From contig NC_086097.1 of the NCBI RefSeq assembly GCF_963921235.1, positions 179,616,001 through 179,680,000 of the forward strand: 64,000 nt of DNA. The letters run 5' to 3'. The notes under the pieces are model-generated. The model saw nothing but the letters and a program-made list of their open reading frames with translations, was not told the origin of the DNA and did no database searches. The translations under genes and the position numbers were made by a program. This document shows positions 13,442-27,380 of this stretch, piece by piece. The stretch comes from Mobula hypostoma. Lineage: Eukaryota. The number at the start of each line of letters is the position of its first letter. Position 1 is the first letter of the stretch.

Positions 13442-13739
13442 CTATACTTGGTGTGAGATCTGCAGTGGCATTATTTGGGGCACTATAAGACAATAAGTCA
13501 TTAGAAGCAAAATTAGCCCATTCAGATCATCGAATCTGCTCCACTATTCGATCATAGCCGATTTATTTTCCCTCAAGCCCCCTTCTTCTGTCTTCTCCCT
13601 GCAACCTTTGAACCCTTACTAATCAAGAACTTATCAACCCCCACTTTACGACTTGGTCTCCATAGCCGTTTGGAGGCATAATCAAAACTAAAAATACTGG
13701 AAGTGCTCAATAGGTCTGGTAGAATACAAGAGGTTAGTG

Positions 13740-15550
13740 AATTGTGCTAAGGAAAAAATTCTAAGGGACAGGACTTATCAACATTTGGAAAGGCAGAGTT
13801 TCATTATGGATACACAACTTGGCTTTATTTTGGGAATATCTGTCTCAGTAATTTGATTGAAATTCCTCGAATAGGTAGTTACACTTATTGATCAGAGGAG
13901 TGCAGTAAATGTCTATATGGACACAAGACCTTTGACAAGATCCTGCAGGTAGGCTGGTCATAGAGTCATATAGCACAGGAACAGGCCCTTTGGCCCAAAT
14001 AGTCCATGATGACCAAGTTCCCATTTAAGATAGTCCCATTTGGTCTGACAGTTTATATATCCTGGGGCAAAATGGTAAAGTAGAACTAAAATCAGCTTTG
14101 TGATAGGAGAGAGGATGATGGAGAAGGAATGCTTTTTTTGATTTTAAGTCTGGTGTAATGGTGTACCATTAGATTCATGCTGGAACCTTTCATGTTTCTG
14201 TGCTTTAGTGATGTGGAAGTGAACAGCATGAGAGATAGATCAAACGCTAACATGAAAATTAGGTGTCATAGGTAGCGAAAGGTGTATTTAAGGCTACGGC
14301 ATGATGAAGATCAACTGGAAATCTAGGCGCATCAATGGCAGATAGAATTTAATCCTGACAACTGTGAGATGCTACATTTTGGTAGAATATTCAGTCAGTG
14401 GAAGGATCCTTGGGAATGTTGGTGAACAGAGAGACCTTGCGTTAAATTGATAAATCCCTGAAAGTGATAACACAGGTGGAGAAGGTTGTGAAGAAGGTAT
14501 TTTATATAGAACATAGAACAATACAGCATAGGAACAGGCCTTTGGCTATGATATCCATGGCGATCACAATGCTGAATGAAACTAAATCTCTTCTGTCTGT
14601 ACATGATCCATATCCCTCAGCAACACGCACAAAACACTGGAGAAACTCAGCAGGCTTGGTAGCATCCATGGAGGGAAATAAACTGTCAACATTTCAGGCT
14701 TAGACCCTTCATCAGGACTGGAAAGGAAGGGGACAGAAACCAGAATAAGAAGGTAATAGGGGGAAGGAGTATCATCTAGCAGATGATAGGTGATCTCAAG
14801 ATTTCCAGCATCTGCAGAACCTTCTATGCATCCATATCCCTCCATTACCACTCTATGTAAACAAAAAATCCTGGCCCATTTTCACTATCCAGCCTATCTA
14901 TGCCTTTCATAATTTTATAACCTTCTATCAGTTCTACCCTCAGTCTCTGATGCTCCAGACAAAACAATTCAATTTTGTCCAACCTCTCCTCGCTTTCTTT
15001 CATCAGCCATGGCATGACACCCAAGAGGAAAGATGTTGTGTTGCATCTTTATAAAACAGAGGCATAGGCCACAAACAGATACGATGTTCAGTTCTGATTC
15101 CACATTATAGGAATGATAAGATGTGCTTGGAAGGGTTCAGAGGAAATTCACCAAGATATCATATGGATTAGAGCATTTCAGTTAAAGGAGAGCTTGGATA
15201 GGTCAAGGAGAGATTAGTTTTCCCTGGACCTGGGGAGCTGAGGGTAACTTGAAAGAGGTATACAAAATTATGAAAGGGATTGATAAACTGGATAAAAATC
15301 TTTTTCACCACTGTGGGATGCCGCTGACAAGAGGGCACCAATTGGAGGTGAGATGGTGGTTTATCAGGGATCTATGGGCGAATTGTTTTCACAGCATGGT
15401 TGGAATCTGAAATGTGCTATTCAAAGACATGATGAAGGTCGGTACCCTCATAATTTTTAAAAGGCACTTAGTAAGCACTTAAATCACCAACGCCAAGAAA
15501 GCTATTGACTCAACATGGGTAAGAGGGACTGGTATAGATGATTGCAATGA
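13740..15550 (+). mobile_element. Old CR1 LINE fragments (plus) with nested minus-strand CR1 3' pieces
   Basis: Degenerate AVNVYMD..FDKI, EFNPDNCE..HFG and QRKFTK motifs. Boundaries approximate. Confidence 0.6.
14619..14829 (-). mobile_element. Short PLE terminal-repeat insertion with a hammerhead motif (14683-14720) and an inverted tail
   Basis: 13-bp TSD ATCCATATCCCTC at 14606-14618 / 14830-14842; minus-strand CAGTC CTGATGA AGG..CCT GAAAT GTT GACAG; the last ~35 bp are in plus orientation. Confidence 0.8.
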
Positions 15551-15565
15551 TTGAACATAGAACAT

Positions 15566-18500
15566 TTAGAAATAAATGATACTTTTAAAGAATTTTATTC
15601 TAAACTCTATAGTTCTAAATCTTCTAAGAATAACACTGTGATGAACAATTTTTAGACCAACTAAGTATTTCTACAATTTCTGCCGACAACAAAAAGTTGT
15701 TGGAACAACCTATTTCTTTTGAGGAAATTGTTGAGGTTGTGCGCTCATTACATTTGAGGAAAGCTCTGGGTCCAACTGGATGTTCTGGAGAATTTTACAA
15801 GACCTTTTCCTCAATGCTTATACCTCATTTATGTTCAGACAGAGTTGAATTGAATTATTTATTTAAAATTTTAGAAAAATTAAATTTTGGACCCGTTTTC
15901 ATTGAATAGATTACTTTGTTTAGCCTCTTCCGCTAGGGTTATCACTAATTCTCATAATTCCAAACCATTTAAGCTTCTACGTGGCACCAGACAAGGCTGT
16001 CCGTTGAGCCCTTTGCTTTTTGATCTGGCCTTAGAACCTTTAGCCATTGCCTTTCGAGAACCTAATGATATCACCGGTATTTTAAGGAGAGACACTATTC
16101 ACAACGTCTTGCTGTATGCTGATGATCTACTGCTATTTATTTCTGATGTTGAGACTTCGTTACCCCATGCCCTTTCTTTACTCTCCTGTTTTAGCCAGTT
16201 CTCAGGTTGTAAATTAAACCTACATAAAAGTGAACTTCTCCCTTTGAATAATTTGAAACCAAAAAATTCAAACCTTCCTTTTAAAATTGTAAGAAACCAA
16301 TTTACCTACTTAGGTGTAATAATTACTAAAAACTATAAGTGTCTATATAAAGAAAATTTTCTTACCCTATTGAATCACGTAAGAAAGATACTATCAAATT
16401 AGTCGCCTCTTTCGTTATCGCTGATTGGCGGAATTAACTCTATTAAAATGAATATATTTGTAACCGGGTGACCATTGGGTCTTATTCAGTATCGTTAAAA
16501 GTGTACTTAGGCATCCTTCCGGGTAATGCTAGAATAGTTGTCTGTGCCTTTAAGGGAGACGGTGATGTCATTACGCACGCGTGGGATAGTAGGGAGACCA
16601 TTTTGCTTTCTGCTGAAGATGTGGTAAGGCGTTGGGATTTGGGCTCCTCCCAAGGCTGGGCATGGTGAGGAAAGATTTCCACGAGTGAAGAAATCAGCGC
16701 TGGGTAGTGTGGCTTGTACCAAGTTCCTCACCATCCAAATAGGATTGCCACTACTTGTATTTGTACTGTATTAGTTCTGGTGTTTTTTTTATACAGCATA
16801 CGCAATTCTGTCCATACACAAGGGCGTGAATCAGAAGTTAAACTGATATTGTAACGGCAAGATCTGCTTGTAAACTTGTTCGTTTTGTTTCGCGACCCTC
16901 TACTGGCACTTAAACATCGAAAACCGATAAAGGAATTAAAACCCAAAAAAGTCTTTGTTGTCCTGAGCGTGTACTTTTTCCCCAAGCTACATATTACCTA
17001 AACTTATATATCTTTTTCAGGCATTGCCTGTTTTTATTCCTAAATCTTTCTTTGATTCTCTTGACTCTATTATTAATCTTTTTATACATGGAAGAATAAG
17101 CATTCTAGATTAAATAAAATTCATATTCAGAAAGATAAAGAGAGTGGAGGATTAGCCTTACCAAACTTTAGATTTTATTATTGGGCAGTTAATATAGAAA
17201 TCGTACATTTTGGTTATGTTACATTAATCGTGAGGATTGCCCAATGTGTGTTTTTTTAGAAGCTAACTCTGTTAATAAATTTTCTATTATTTCTCTTCTT
17301 GGATCCTCACTTCCTTTGTCTCTGAGTAAGTTAACTGATAATCTGGTAGTTAAACACACTATGAGAATTTGCATACAATTCCAAAAATACTTCGGCTTAT
17401 TGAGATTTTCTCTTTCGAGTCCCATTTTTTTCTAATTTTTTTTTAACCCCGCTATGATTGATGTGGCTTTTAAAGAAAGGGATAGATTAGGTATTAAATG
17501 CTTTCAGGACTTGTTTGTAGAGAGAAGTCTCTTTTCGTTTGAACAACTGTCAATTAAATATTGTTTAGCTAAAACTCATTTTTTTGGATACCTACAAATA
17601 AAGAGATATTTTACTGTCTCAAATAAGTACATTTCCTAAAAGTCCTGATAAGAATCTACTAGATGTAATTTTTAATTTGAAACCTTTTTATATCTAATAT
17701 TTATAATATGCTGTTGGGAATGAGAAGTGTTCCTTTAGATAAAATTAAAAATCTTGGGGAACAAGATTTACAGACTTCAATTTCTGAGGAAACTTGGAAT
17801 CAAATTTTTAAATTGGTTAACACTTCATCGTATGTGCCCGCCACTCTCTCCTACAATTTAAAGTGGTCCATAGGGCCCATATGACCTAGGATAAGTTGTC
17901 TCATTTTTATTTAGATATACCTCCCTATTGTGATATATGTAATGAGCTTTACTCATTCATATGTTTTGGACATGTCCGAGTCTTGGAAAGTATTGGAAAG
18001 AAGTATTTCAAACTTTCTCGTTACTTTTCAAAGTAAACTTTAAGCCTAATCCTTTGACCGCTTTATTTGGTATTGTTGGAGGAAGGGATATTATTTTGGA
18101 GTCATCTGACTTGCACATTTTGGCTTTTATTCCTCTTATGGCCAGAAGGACGCTCTTGCTTAAATGGAAAGATGCGGCCCCTCCTATTCACGCCCAATGG
18201 TTACATGATATAATGTCATGTTTAAATTTAGAGAAGATTCGATGTTCAATCTCTGAATCTAGTCAAGACTTTCAAACATTGTGGGGACCTTTTTTGAATT
18301 ATTTTCAAAACCTTTGATTTGCTGTTGAAGCACAGATGATGACTAATTTTTTTTTTCCTTTTTTTCTTTACTAATCAGCTTCAGTCTTGGTAGTGGGTTA
18401 GTATTTTTTACATAATAAAATCACTATATTTCAATGTTACAAATTAATTAATCTGTACGAATACAGGGTAAGGAGTCTTTATATGCGATTTAGTATAATG

Positions 18501-18569
18501 TATTGACATATTTTTTTTCTTGTACTCTGTATTTTTTACATGTAAAATTAATAATAAAAATATTGGGAA
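15566..18569 (+). mobile_element. 5'-truncated L1-clade LINE (ORF2 RT to C-terminus and 3' tail)
   Basis: GTRQGCPLSPLLFDLALEPLA, LYADDLLL, HMFWTCP; A-rich tail; 13-bp TSD GAACATAGAACAT at 15553-15565 / 18570-18582. Confidence 0.9.
16459..16991. mobile_element. Solo LTR (533 bp) inserted into L1 ORF2
   Basis: TGTAAC...GCTACA termini and a 4-bp TSD TATT (16455-16458 / 16992-16995). Removing it restores the L1 frame MNILPKLIYLFQ. Confidence 0.88.
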
Positions 18570-19290
18570 GAACATAGAACATATAATAGTACAATCACAG
18601 TAGAGGCCCTTCAGCCTACAATGTTGTGTCGACCTTTTAATCTACTGATATCGATCTAATGCTTTTTTTCCCATATAGACTTCAATTTTTCTTATATCAA
18701 TGTGTCTAAGAATCTCTTAAATGTCCCTAATGTATCTGCCTTCAGCACCATCCCGGACTTTGTGTTCCACTCATTTATCACTCTTTGTCCAAATACCCTA
18801 CTTCCGACATCCCCCTATACTTTCCTCCAATATTGTATCATTTCTTAATGCATGCATTACTAAATGACAATAAAAGAGGACTGCGTGTCCTCATAATCAC
18901 AATAATCACCTTAAAATTATGCCCTCTCATATTAGCCATGCTACCCTGGGGGAAAAAAGTACTAACTGTCCACTTTTACCTATGCCTCTTACCATGAAGT
19001 CACCTCTCATCCTCCTTCGATCCTAAGAGAAAACCCGTAGCTCACTCAACTTCTCTCAAAGGACATTATCTTTAGTCCAAGCAATACTCTGGTAAATCTC
19101 CTCAGCAACCCCTCTAAAGCTTCCACATCCTTCCTATAATGAGGTGGCCAGAACTGAACACAATAGTACAAGTTTGGTCTAACCAGAGTTTTAGAGAACT
19201 GTAACATTACCTTATGGCTTTTGAAGTCAATCCCCGGGCAATGAAGGCCAACACCCTCTTAGCCACCCTATCAACTTGCTCAGTATACAC
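18570..19290 (-). mobile_element. CR1 LINE 3' fragment
   Basis: (CATAGAA)n tail and CR1 ORF2 C-terminal similarity. Confidence 0.7.
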
Positions 19291-19539
19291 ATGAAGGGCT
19301 GAGGGGCTCTTTTCTGTACTATGCAACTCCATGACTGAAGCATTGCTCCCAGAACTAACATGCAGTGGTTGTGATATGAAATTGTTGAAATTAACAATGA
19401 GTGCGGATAACTAATATTCAAACATAAAGGCAGAAAGTGGTAAATTGGTTTGTTATTGTCAAGTGCTGAGATGCAGTGAAAAACTTGCCTTACATCTACT
19501 GTCCATATAATTCTCTCATTACAACAGTTAAAGAGAAAG

Positions 19540-20205
19540 TACTGTGCAGTTGTCTACTGTGTCCGGTGCTCCCAATGTGGCCTCCTCTACATTGGTGAGA
19601 CCTGCTGGAAAGTGGGACTGCTTTGTCAAGCACCTACATGCCATCTGCAGAACGTCCCAGTGGGCAAACATTTTAATTCAAATTCCTATTCCTGTTCTGA
19701 CATGCCAGTCCATGACCTCCTCTTGTGCCATGATGAGGCCACTCTCAGGGTGGCAGAGCAACACCCTATATTCCATCTGGGTAGTCTCCTACCTGATGGC
19801 ATGAATATAGATTTCTCCTTCCAGTAAAAAATGTCTCTTCCCCCCCCCCCCACTTCCTCTATTCCCTACTCCTACCTTTCACCTCTTCTCAGCTACCTAT
19901 CACTTCCCCCTAGATCCCCTCCTCCTTCCCTTTCTCCTATGGTCCACTCTCCTCTCCTACCGGATTCCTCCTTCTTCAGCCTTTGACCTTTCCTACCCAC
20001 CTGGCTTCACCTATCACCTTCCAGCCAGCATCCACCTTTTTATTCCAGCGTCTTCTCCATTCCTTTCCAGTCCTGAAGAAGGGCCTCAGCCCGACATGTC
20101 AACTGTTTATTCACTTCCATAGATGCTGCCTGACCTGCTGAGTTCCTCCAGCATTTTGCATGTGTTGCTTTGGATTTCCAGCATCTGCAGACTTTCTCAT
20201 GTTTA
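19540..20205 (+). mobile_element. Older PLE 3' fragment (end of GIY-YIG, pyrimidine-rich UTR, degenerate hammerhead)
   Basis: VYCVRCSQCGLLYIGET, GSLLPDGMNIDFS; CAGTC CTGAAGA AGGG..CCC GACA TGTC near 20068-20105. Confidence 0.85.
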
Positions 20206-20334
20206 TGTTATCAATTAGGCAAATCTACAACCTTGTTGTATACAATCCTGGTCTACTTCATCATCAAGAGAAGTTGTGAATGGAACTGAACACCAATCAC
20301 CTGCAAACAACGCGGCATGGTGATGTAGTTAGGG

Positions 20335-21256
20335 AGCCATCTGGCCCATTAAGTCTGCTCCGCCATTCAATCATGGCTGATTCTTTTTTCTATCTCTTCT
20401 TCAACCCCAGTTCCCAGACTTCTCCCCGTAACTTTTGATGCCATGTCCAATCAAGAACCCATCAATCTCTGCCTTAAATGCACCCAACGACCCGGCCTCC
20501 AAGCTGCATGTGGCAATAAATTCCACAAATTCACCACCCTTTGGCTAAAGAAATTTCTCCACATCTCTGTTTTGAAAGGGTGTCCCTCAATCCTAAGTTT
20601 GTGCCCTTGTCCTAGATTCTCCCACCATGGGAAACATCCTTTCCACATCTACTCTATCTAGGCCTTTCAACATTCAAAAGGTTTCAATGAGATCCCCCCT
20701 CATCCTTCTGAACTCCAGCGAGTACAGACCCAGAGCCATCAAACATTCCTCGTATGATAACCCTTTCATTCCTGGAACCATCCTTGTGAACTTCCTCTGG
20801 ACCCTTTCCAATACCGGCACATCTTTTTTAAGATGAGGGGCCCAAAGCAGTTCACAATACTCAAGGTGAAGCATCACCAATGTCTTATAAAGACTCAGCA
20901 TCACATCCTTGCTCTTGTATTCTCGACCTCTTGAAATGAATGCTAATATGGCATTTGCCTTCCTCACTACTGACTCAATCTGCAAGTTAACCTTCAGGGT
21001 GTTCTGCACAAGGACTCCCAAGTCCCTCTGCATCTGAGATTCCTGTATTTTCTCCCCGTTTAGAAAATAGTCCGCACATTTATTACTACTACCAAAGTGC
21101 ATGACCGTGTATTTTCCACCATCACATTTCATGTGCCACTTTCTTGCCCATTCTCCTAATCTGTCTAAGTCCTTCTCCATCCGACCCGTTTCCTCAACAC
21201 TACCTGCCTCTTCACCAATCTTTGTATCATCTGCAAACTTGGCAACAAAGCCATCT
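20335..21256 (-). mobile_element. CR1 LINE 3' fragment inserted into a V-SINE head
   Basis: VAKFADDTKIG...RMRGDLIETF; SINE A-box-like sequence to the left (20311-20332) and B-box/core to the right (21260-21480). Confidence 0.85.
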
Positions 21257-22636
21257 TGCGAGAACAGTGGCAGCAACCCAGGTTCAATTCCTCTGCCATG
21301 TAAGAAGTTTGTACATTCTCCCAATGACCATGTGAATTTCCTCCAGGTGGTCTGGTTTCCTCCCACATGCCAAAGACATACAGGTTAGTCGGATAATTGA
21401 TTAAATGTGTGCAAATAGGCAGTACGGGCACATTGGGCCGGCCGAGCCTGTAACCGTGTTGTATCTCTAAATTTAAAATAATTAAACATCCTAACTTCCA
21501 ATCTTATGATAGTGGAAAGGCTGCTGTTGAAAAGCTAAGTCACTGACCAATGGAACTTTTGGTTCCCTTAGTCTCCACAGACACGATCTTCTCTAAGCCA
21601 TCCAGAATATCACAATTAATTGAAGTTGCAATGATAAACCTATCAAGGTTGTTTATTCTCCTCCATAACATTTGGTTCTTTGACAGAATATGGGAATAAA
21701 GTCAGTTTCAACAAGACACAGGCTTTCCTAGTTACTGCTGTTTGAACGGAATTATTTCTTGAAGCATCACCTAGATTAATTGAAATTGACCCAACATTGA
21801 TCACAGGGAATATATTAAAACCCATCATGGATATAGTAACAAGGCCCTTAGTACTTCACCCATAACAATAGGTGGAGTCAAAAGAGAATTATGAAGTATA
21901 CATAGTTTTTGATAAACATGCCAAGTTTTTAAGGTTGGAACAAATAGAAAAGGCAATAGAACTTACAGATGAACTACATTTATATATCTAACAAAAATAT
22001 ACTGACAACATGTCACACAAGAGGCTTTGACACAAAATCATGATGCTAGACTGGGTGAAATACATCAGCATGGAGATAAAGAGAAAACCAATAGCCTGAT
22101 AAAATTGTTACTTTCAGAGTTATCCGTTATAACCAGTAGAAAACCCAAGGTTCACTAATTCTACATCAAATCTTTAACACCTGGATCAATGATATGAATA
22201 AAGAAACTTAATGGAATGTTTCCAAGATTTCTCCCAATGCAAAACTAAGTGGGTATACAAACTGGGAGAGTAATTACCAAAACATCAAAGAACAGGTTAA
22301 GTGAACAAGCAAGTAGATGACAACAGAACAGTCTTGTTTAACACAGAGAAATATCAGGAAATGGAACTCAAACCCCTGGGTGCCCTTGTGTACAGATTTT
22401 GAAGAGAATATGTGGTACAGTAAGCAATTAGGAAGCAAAAGATTTGATAGTTTTAATTGTAAAGAGAGTGGAAAACAAGTGTAAAGGAGTCATAATGCAA
22501 TTATATTGTGCAATTTAGGATTATATATTACTGTCTCATCTGGGGAAGAATGCTCGATAATGTGAAATGAAGATATATGTGCAAGTATCTCTTTCTAAAT
22601 GAGGTTCAAAAATAAAAATATTTGTACACCTACTCA

Positions 22637-23128
<492 letters not shown>

Positions 23129-23629
23129 TTAGGTGCTCATTCAGATGTTTCTTAAATGCTCTGAGAGTACCTGCTTCCAACACCTTCTCAAGCAGTTCAT
23201 TGCAGACTTCAGCCCCTGAAGGGTAAAGAAAAATCTTCTGCTAAACCTCTTACTCCTCACTGTAAACCAATGTCCCCTGGTCTTATAACACTCCAGCCAT
23301 AGGGGAAGTTTTCTTCCTACCTAGCCATCTATGCTTCTCAATCATTCCTCCATCAGGCCCCCATCCCCAGCCCAGCCTCCTCTGCAGCTCAGCCTAGCTA
23401 ATTTCTCCTTGTAACTGAAATTTTTCATCCCAGACAACCTCCTGATAAACTCCTCTAGATCCTCTCTAGTGTGACAGCTGGAAGGATTAAGGCACTGGTG
23501 TCTGCAAGTCAAAATGGTGTGTAACTGGGAAGGGAGCCTCCAGATAATCATTTTCCCATTCATCTATTGCCTTTATTCCTCCAAATAGAAATTGAGAGTT
23601 TGTGATAAGCTGTCAGAGAAGCCTTGGAG

Positions 23630-26250
23630 AACGTACAGAAAGGGTGGGTAATGTAGCAGGATCCTCTTTTGAGTCAGTATGGGTGGAAGTCAGGAACAGG
23701 AAGGGAGCAGTTACTCTATTGGGGGTATTCTATAGGCCCCCTGGTAGCAGCAGAGATACCGAGGAGCAGATTGGGAGACAGATTTTGGAAAGGTGCAAAA
23801 ATAACAGGGTTGTTATCATGGGTGACTTTAACATCCCTAATATTGATTGGCACCTGATTAGTTCTAAGGGTTTAGATGGGGCAGAGTTTGTTAAGTGTGT
23901 CCAGGACGGATTCCTGTCACAGTATGTGGACAAACCGACTCGGGGGAATGCCATACTAGATCTAGTACTAGGTAATGAACCAGGTCGGGTCACAGATCTC
24001 TCAGCGGGTGAGCATTTGGGGGACAGTGACCACCGCTCCCTGGCCTTTAGCATTATCATGGAAAAGGATAGAATCAGAGAGGACAGGAAAAATTTTAATT
24101 GGGGAAGGGCAAATTATGAGGCTGTAAGGCTAGAACTTGCGGGTGTGAATTGGGATGATGTTTTTGCAGGGAAATGTACTATGGACATGTGGTCAGTGTT
24201 TAGAGATCTCTTGCAGGATGTTAGGGATAAATTTGTCCCGGTGAGGAAGATAAAGAATGGTAGGGTGAAGGAACCAGTGAGGTGGAAAATCTAGTCAGGC
24301 AGAAGAAGGCAGCATACATGAGGTTTAGGAAGCAGGGATCAGATGGGTCTATTGAGGAATATAGGGAAGCAAGAAAGGAGCTTAAGAAGGGGCTGAGAAG
24401 AACAAGAAGGGAGCAGGAGAAGGCCTTGGCGAGTAGGGTAAAGGAAAACCCCAAGGCATTCTTCAATTATGTGAAAGAAAAAAAGGATGACAGGAGTGAA
24501 GGTAGGACCGATTAGAGATAAAGGTGGAAAGATGTGCCTGGAGGCTGTGGAAGTGAGTGAGGTCCTCAATGAATACTTCTCTTCGGTATTCACCAGTGAG
24601 AGGGAACTTGATGATGGTGAAGACAATATGAGTGAGGTTGATGTTCTGGAGCATGTTGATAATAAGGGAGAGAAGGTGTCGGAGTTGTTAAAATACATTA
24701 GGACGGATAAGTCCCCAGGGCCTGACGGAATATTCTCCAGGCTGCTCCACGAGGCAAGGGAAGAGATTGTTGAGCCTCTGGCTAGGATCTTTATGTCCTT
24801 GTTGTCCACGGGAATGGCATCGGAGGATTGGAGGGAGGCGAATGTTGTCCCCTTGTTCAAAAAAGGTAGTAGGGATAGTCTGGGTAATTATAGACCAGTG
24901 AGCCTTACGTCTGTGGTGGGAAAGCTGTTGGAAAAGATTCTTAGAGATAGGATCTCTGGGCATTCAGAGAATCATGGTCTGATCAGGGACAGTCAGTATG
25001 GCTTTGTGAAGGGCAGATCGTGTCTAACAAGCCTGATAGAGTTCCTTGAGGAGGTGACCAGGCATATAGATGAGGGTAGTGCAGTGGATGTGATCTACAT
25101 GGATTTTAGTAAGGCATTTGACAAGGTTCCACATGGTAGGCTTATTCAGAAAGTCAGAAGGCATGGGATCCAGGGAAGTTTGGCCAGGTGGATTCAGAAT
25201 TGGCTTGCCTACAAAAGGCAGAGGGTCGTGATGGAGGGAGTACATTCAGATTGGAGGATTGTGACTAGTGGTGTCCCACAAGGATCTGTTCTGGGACCTC
25301 GACTTTTCCTGATTTTTATTAACGACCTGGATGTGGGGGTAGAAGGGTGGGTTGGCAAGTTTGCAGATGACACAAAGGTTGGTGGTGCTGTAGATAGTGT
25401 AGAGGATTGTCAAAGTTTGCAGAGAGACATTGATAGGATGCAGAAGTGGGCTGAGAAGTGGCAGATGGAGTTCAACCCAGAGAAGTGTGAGGTGGTATAC
25501 TTTGTAAGGACAATCTCTAAGGCAGAGTACAAAGTAAATGGCAGGATACTTGGTAGTGCGGAGGAGCAGAGGGATCTGGGGGTACATGTCCACAGATCCC
25601 TGAAAGTTGCCTCACAGGTGGATAGGGTAGTTAAGAAAGCTTATGGGGTGTTAGCTTTCATAAGTCGAGGGACAGAGTTTAAGAGTGGCGATGTAATGAT
25701 GCAGCTCTATAAAACTCTGGTTAGGCCACACTTGGAGTACTGTGTCCAGTTCTGGTCGCCTCACTACAGGAAGGATGTGGAAGCATTGGAGGTACAGAGG
25801 AGATTTACCAGGATGCTGCCTGGTTTAGAGAGTATGCATTATGATCAGAGATTAAGGGAGCTAGGGCTTTACTCTTTGGAGAGAAGGAGGATGAGAGGAG
25901 ACATGATAGAGGTGTACAAGATAATAAGAGGAACAGATAGAGTGGATAGCCAGCACCTCTTCCCCAGGGCACCACTGCTCAATACAAGAGAACATGGCTT
26001 TAAGGTAAGGGGTGGGAAGTTCAAGGGGGATATCAGAGGAAGGTTTTTTACTCAGAGAGTGGTTGGTGTGTGGAATGCACTGCCTGAGTCAATGGTGGAG
26101 GCAGATACACCAGTGAAGTTTAACAGACTACTAGACAGGTATATGGAGGAATTTAAGGTGGGGGCTTATATGGGAGGCAGGGTTTGAGGATCGGCACAAC
26201 ATTGTGGGCCGAAGGGCCTGTACGGTGCTGTACTATTCTATGTTCTATGT
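23630..26250 (+). mobile_element. CR1 LINE ORF2 (partial APE endonuclease plus RT), 5'-truncated
   Basis: [42 protein letters not shown]; frameshifts near 24280 and 24480; (TTCTATG)n tail. Confidence 0.95.
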
Positions 26251-26459
26251 ACACACTAGTTTGTCAAAGTTGTTGGGATTAAATGCTGGGGACTAGGTGC
26301 TTTATTCAGAATGATGACAATTTCAAACATTTCCTCGAGTGGCAGTCATCCTGACAAGTGGAAAATACTCCATTATGTATGCGAGTTACTCATTACTGGA
26401 TAAAAACCTGATTTGGCTTAAAGTCTACAGTACTTACGTAGCTGGTTCTATTAGGGTTA

Positions 26460-27380
26460 ACTTGGACAGGTGGGAAGGTGGGCAAAGAAATGGCAGATGT
26501 AGTACAGTGTAAGGAAGTGTGGGTTATGTACTTTGGTAGGATGAATAAATATATAGGCTTTTTTTTAATTGGGGAGAGAATTCAGAAATCAGACAGGCAA
26601 AGGACTTAAGAGTCCTAGCTCAGAATTCCCTTCAGGCTGAGTCATTCGTAAAAAAGGGAAATGCAATAAAGGGTCTCAGCCCAAAACATCAACTGTTTAT
26701 TCCCCTCCATAGATGCTACCTGACTTGTAGAGTTTCTCCAGCATTTTGTGTGTGTTGCTCAATAACTTGCAGCATCTGCAGAATCTCTCCTATTTATAAA
26801 TGCAACGTCAGCATTCATTTCAAGGATGTACTGTTGAGGCTTTATAAGGTGCTAGTCAGATGGCATTTGGAATATTGCAAGCAATTCTGGGCCCCGCATT
26901 GAAGCAAAAATGTGCTAGCCCTGGGGAGGGTCCTGAAGAGGTTCACAAGTTATGATCCCAAAAATGAAAGAATTGATGTATGAAGAGCATTTGATGCCTC
27001 ACGCCTTTACTTGATGGAGTTCAGAAGGATGAGGAAGGAATCTTATTAAAACATACTGGATACTGAAAGGCCTGGACATTGTATATGTGGAGAGGATGTT
27101 TCCTTTAGTAGGAGTTTAGAGTCTAGGATCAAGAACACAGCTTCAGAAAAAGGGAATGACACTTCAGAACTGAAATGAGGAGGATTTTCTTCAGCCTGAG
27201 GATGGTGATCTGTGGAATTTGCCTCAGAAGGCTGTGGAGGCTGTTAGTGGGTGTATTCGAGGCAGAGATTGGTAAGGGGTTTAAGGGTTACAGGGAGAAA
27301 ACAGGAGAATGGGTTAAAAAAAATATCAGTCATGATTGAATAGCAGAGCAGTCTCAATGGGTTTGCTCCTGCATCTTATA
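26460..27380 (+). mobile_element. Older CR1 3' fragment containing a short PLE-tail insertion (26667-26797)
   Basis: Degenerate CR1 C-terminal motifs; the inner insertion is flanked by the 8-bp TSD AAATGCAA (26659-26666 / 26798-26805). Confidence 0.7.
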
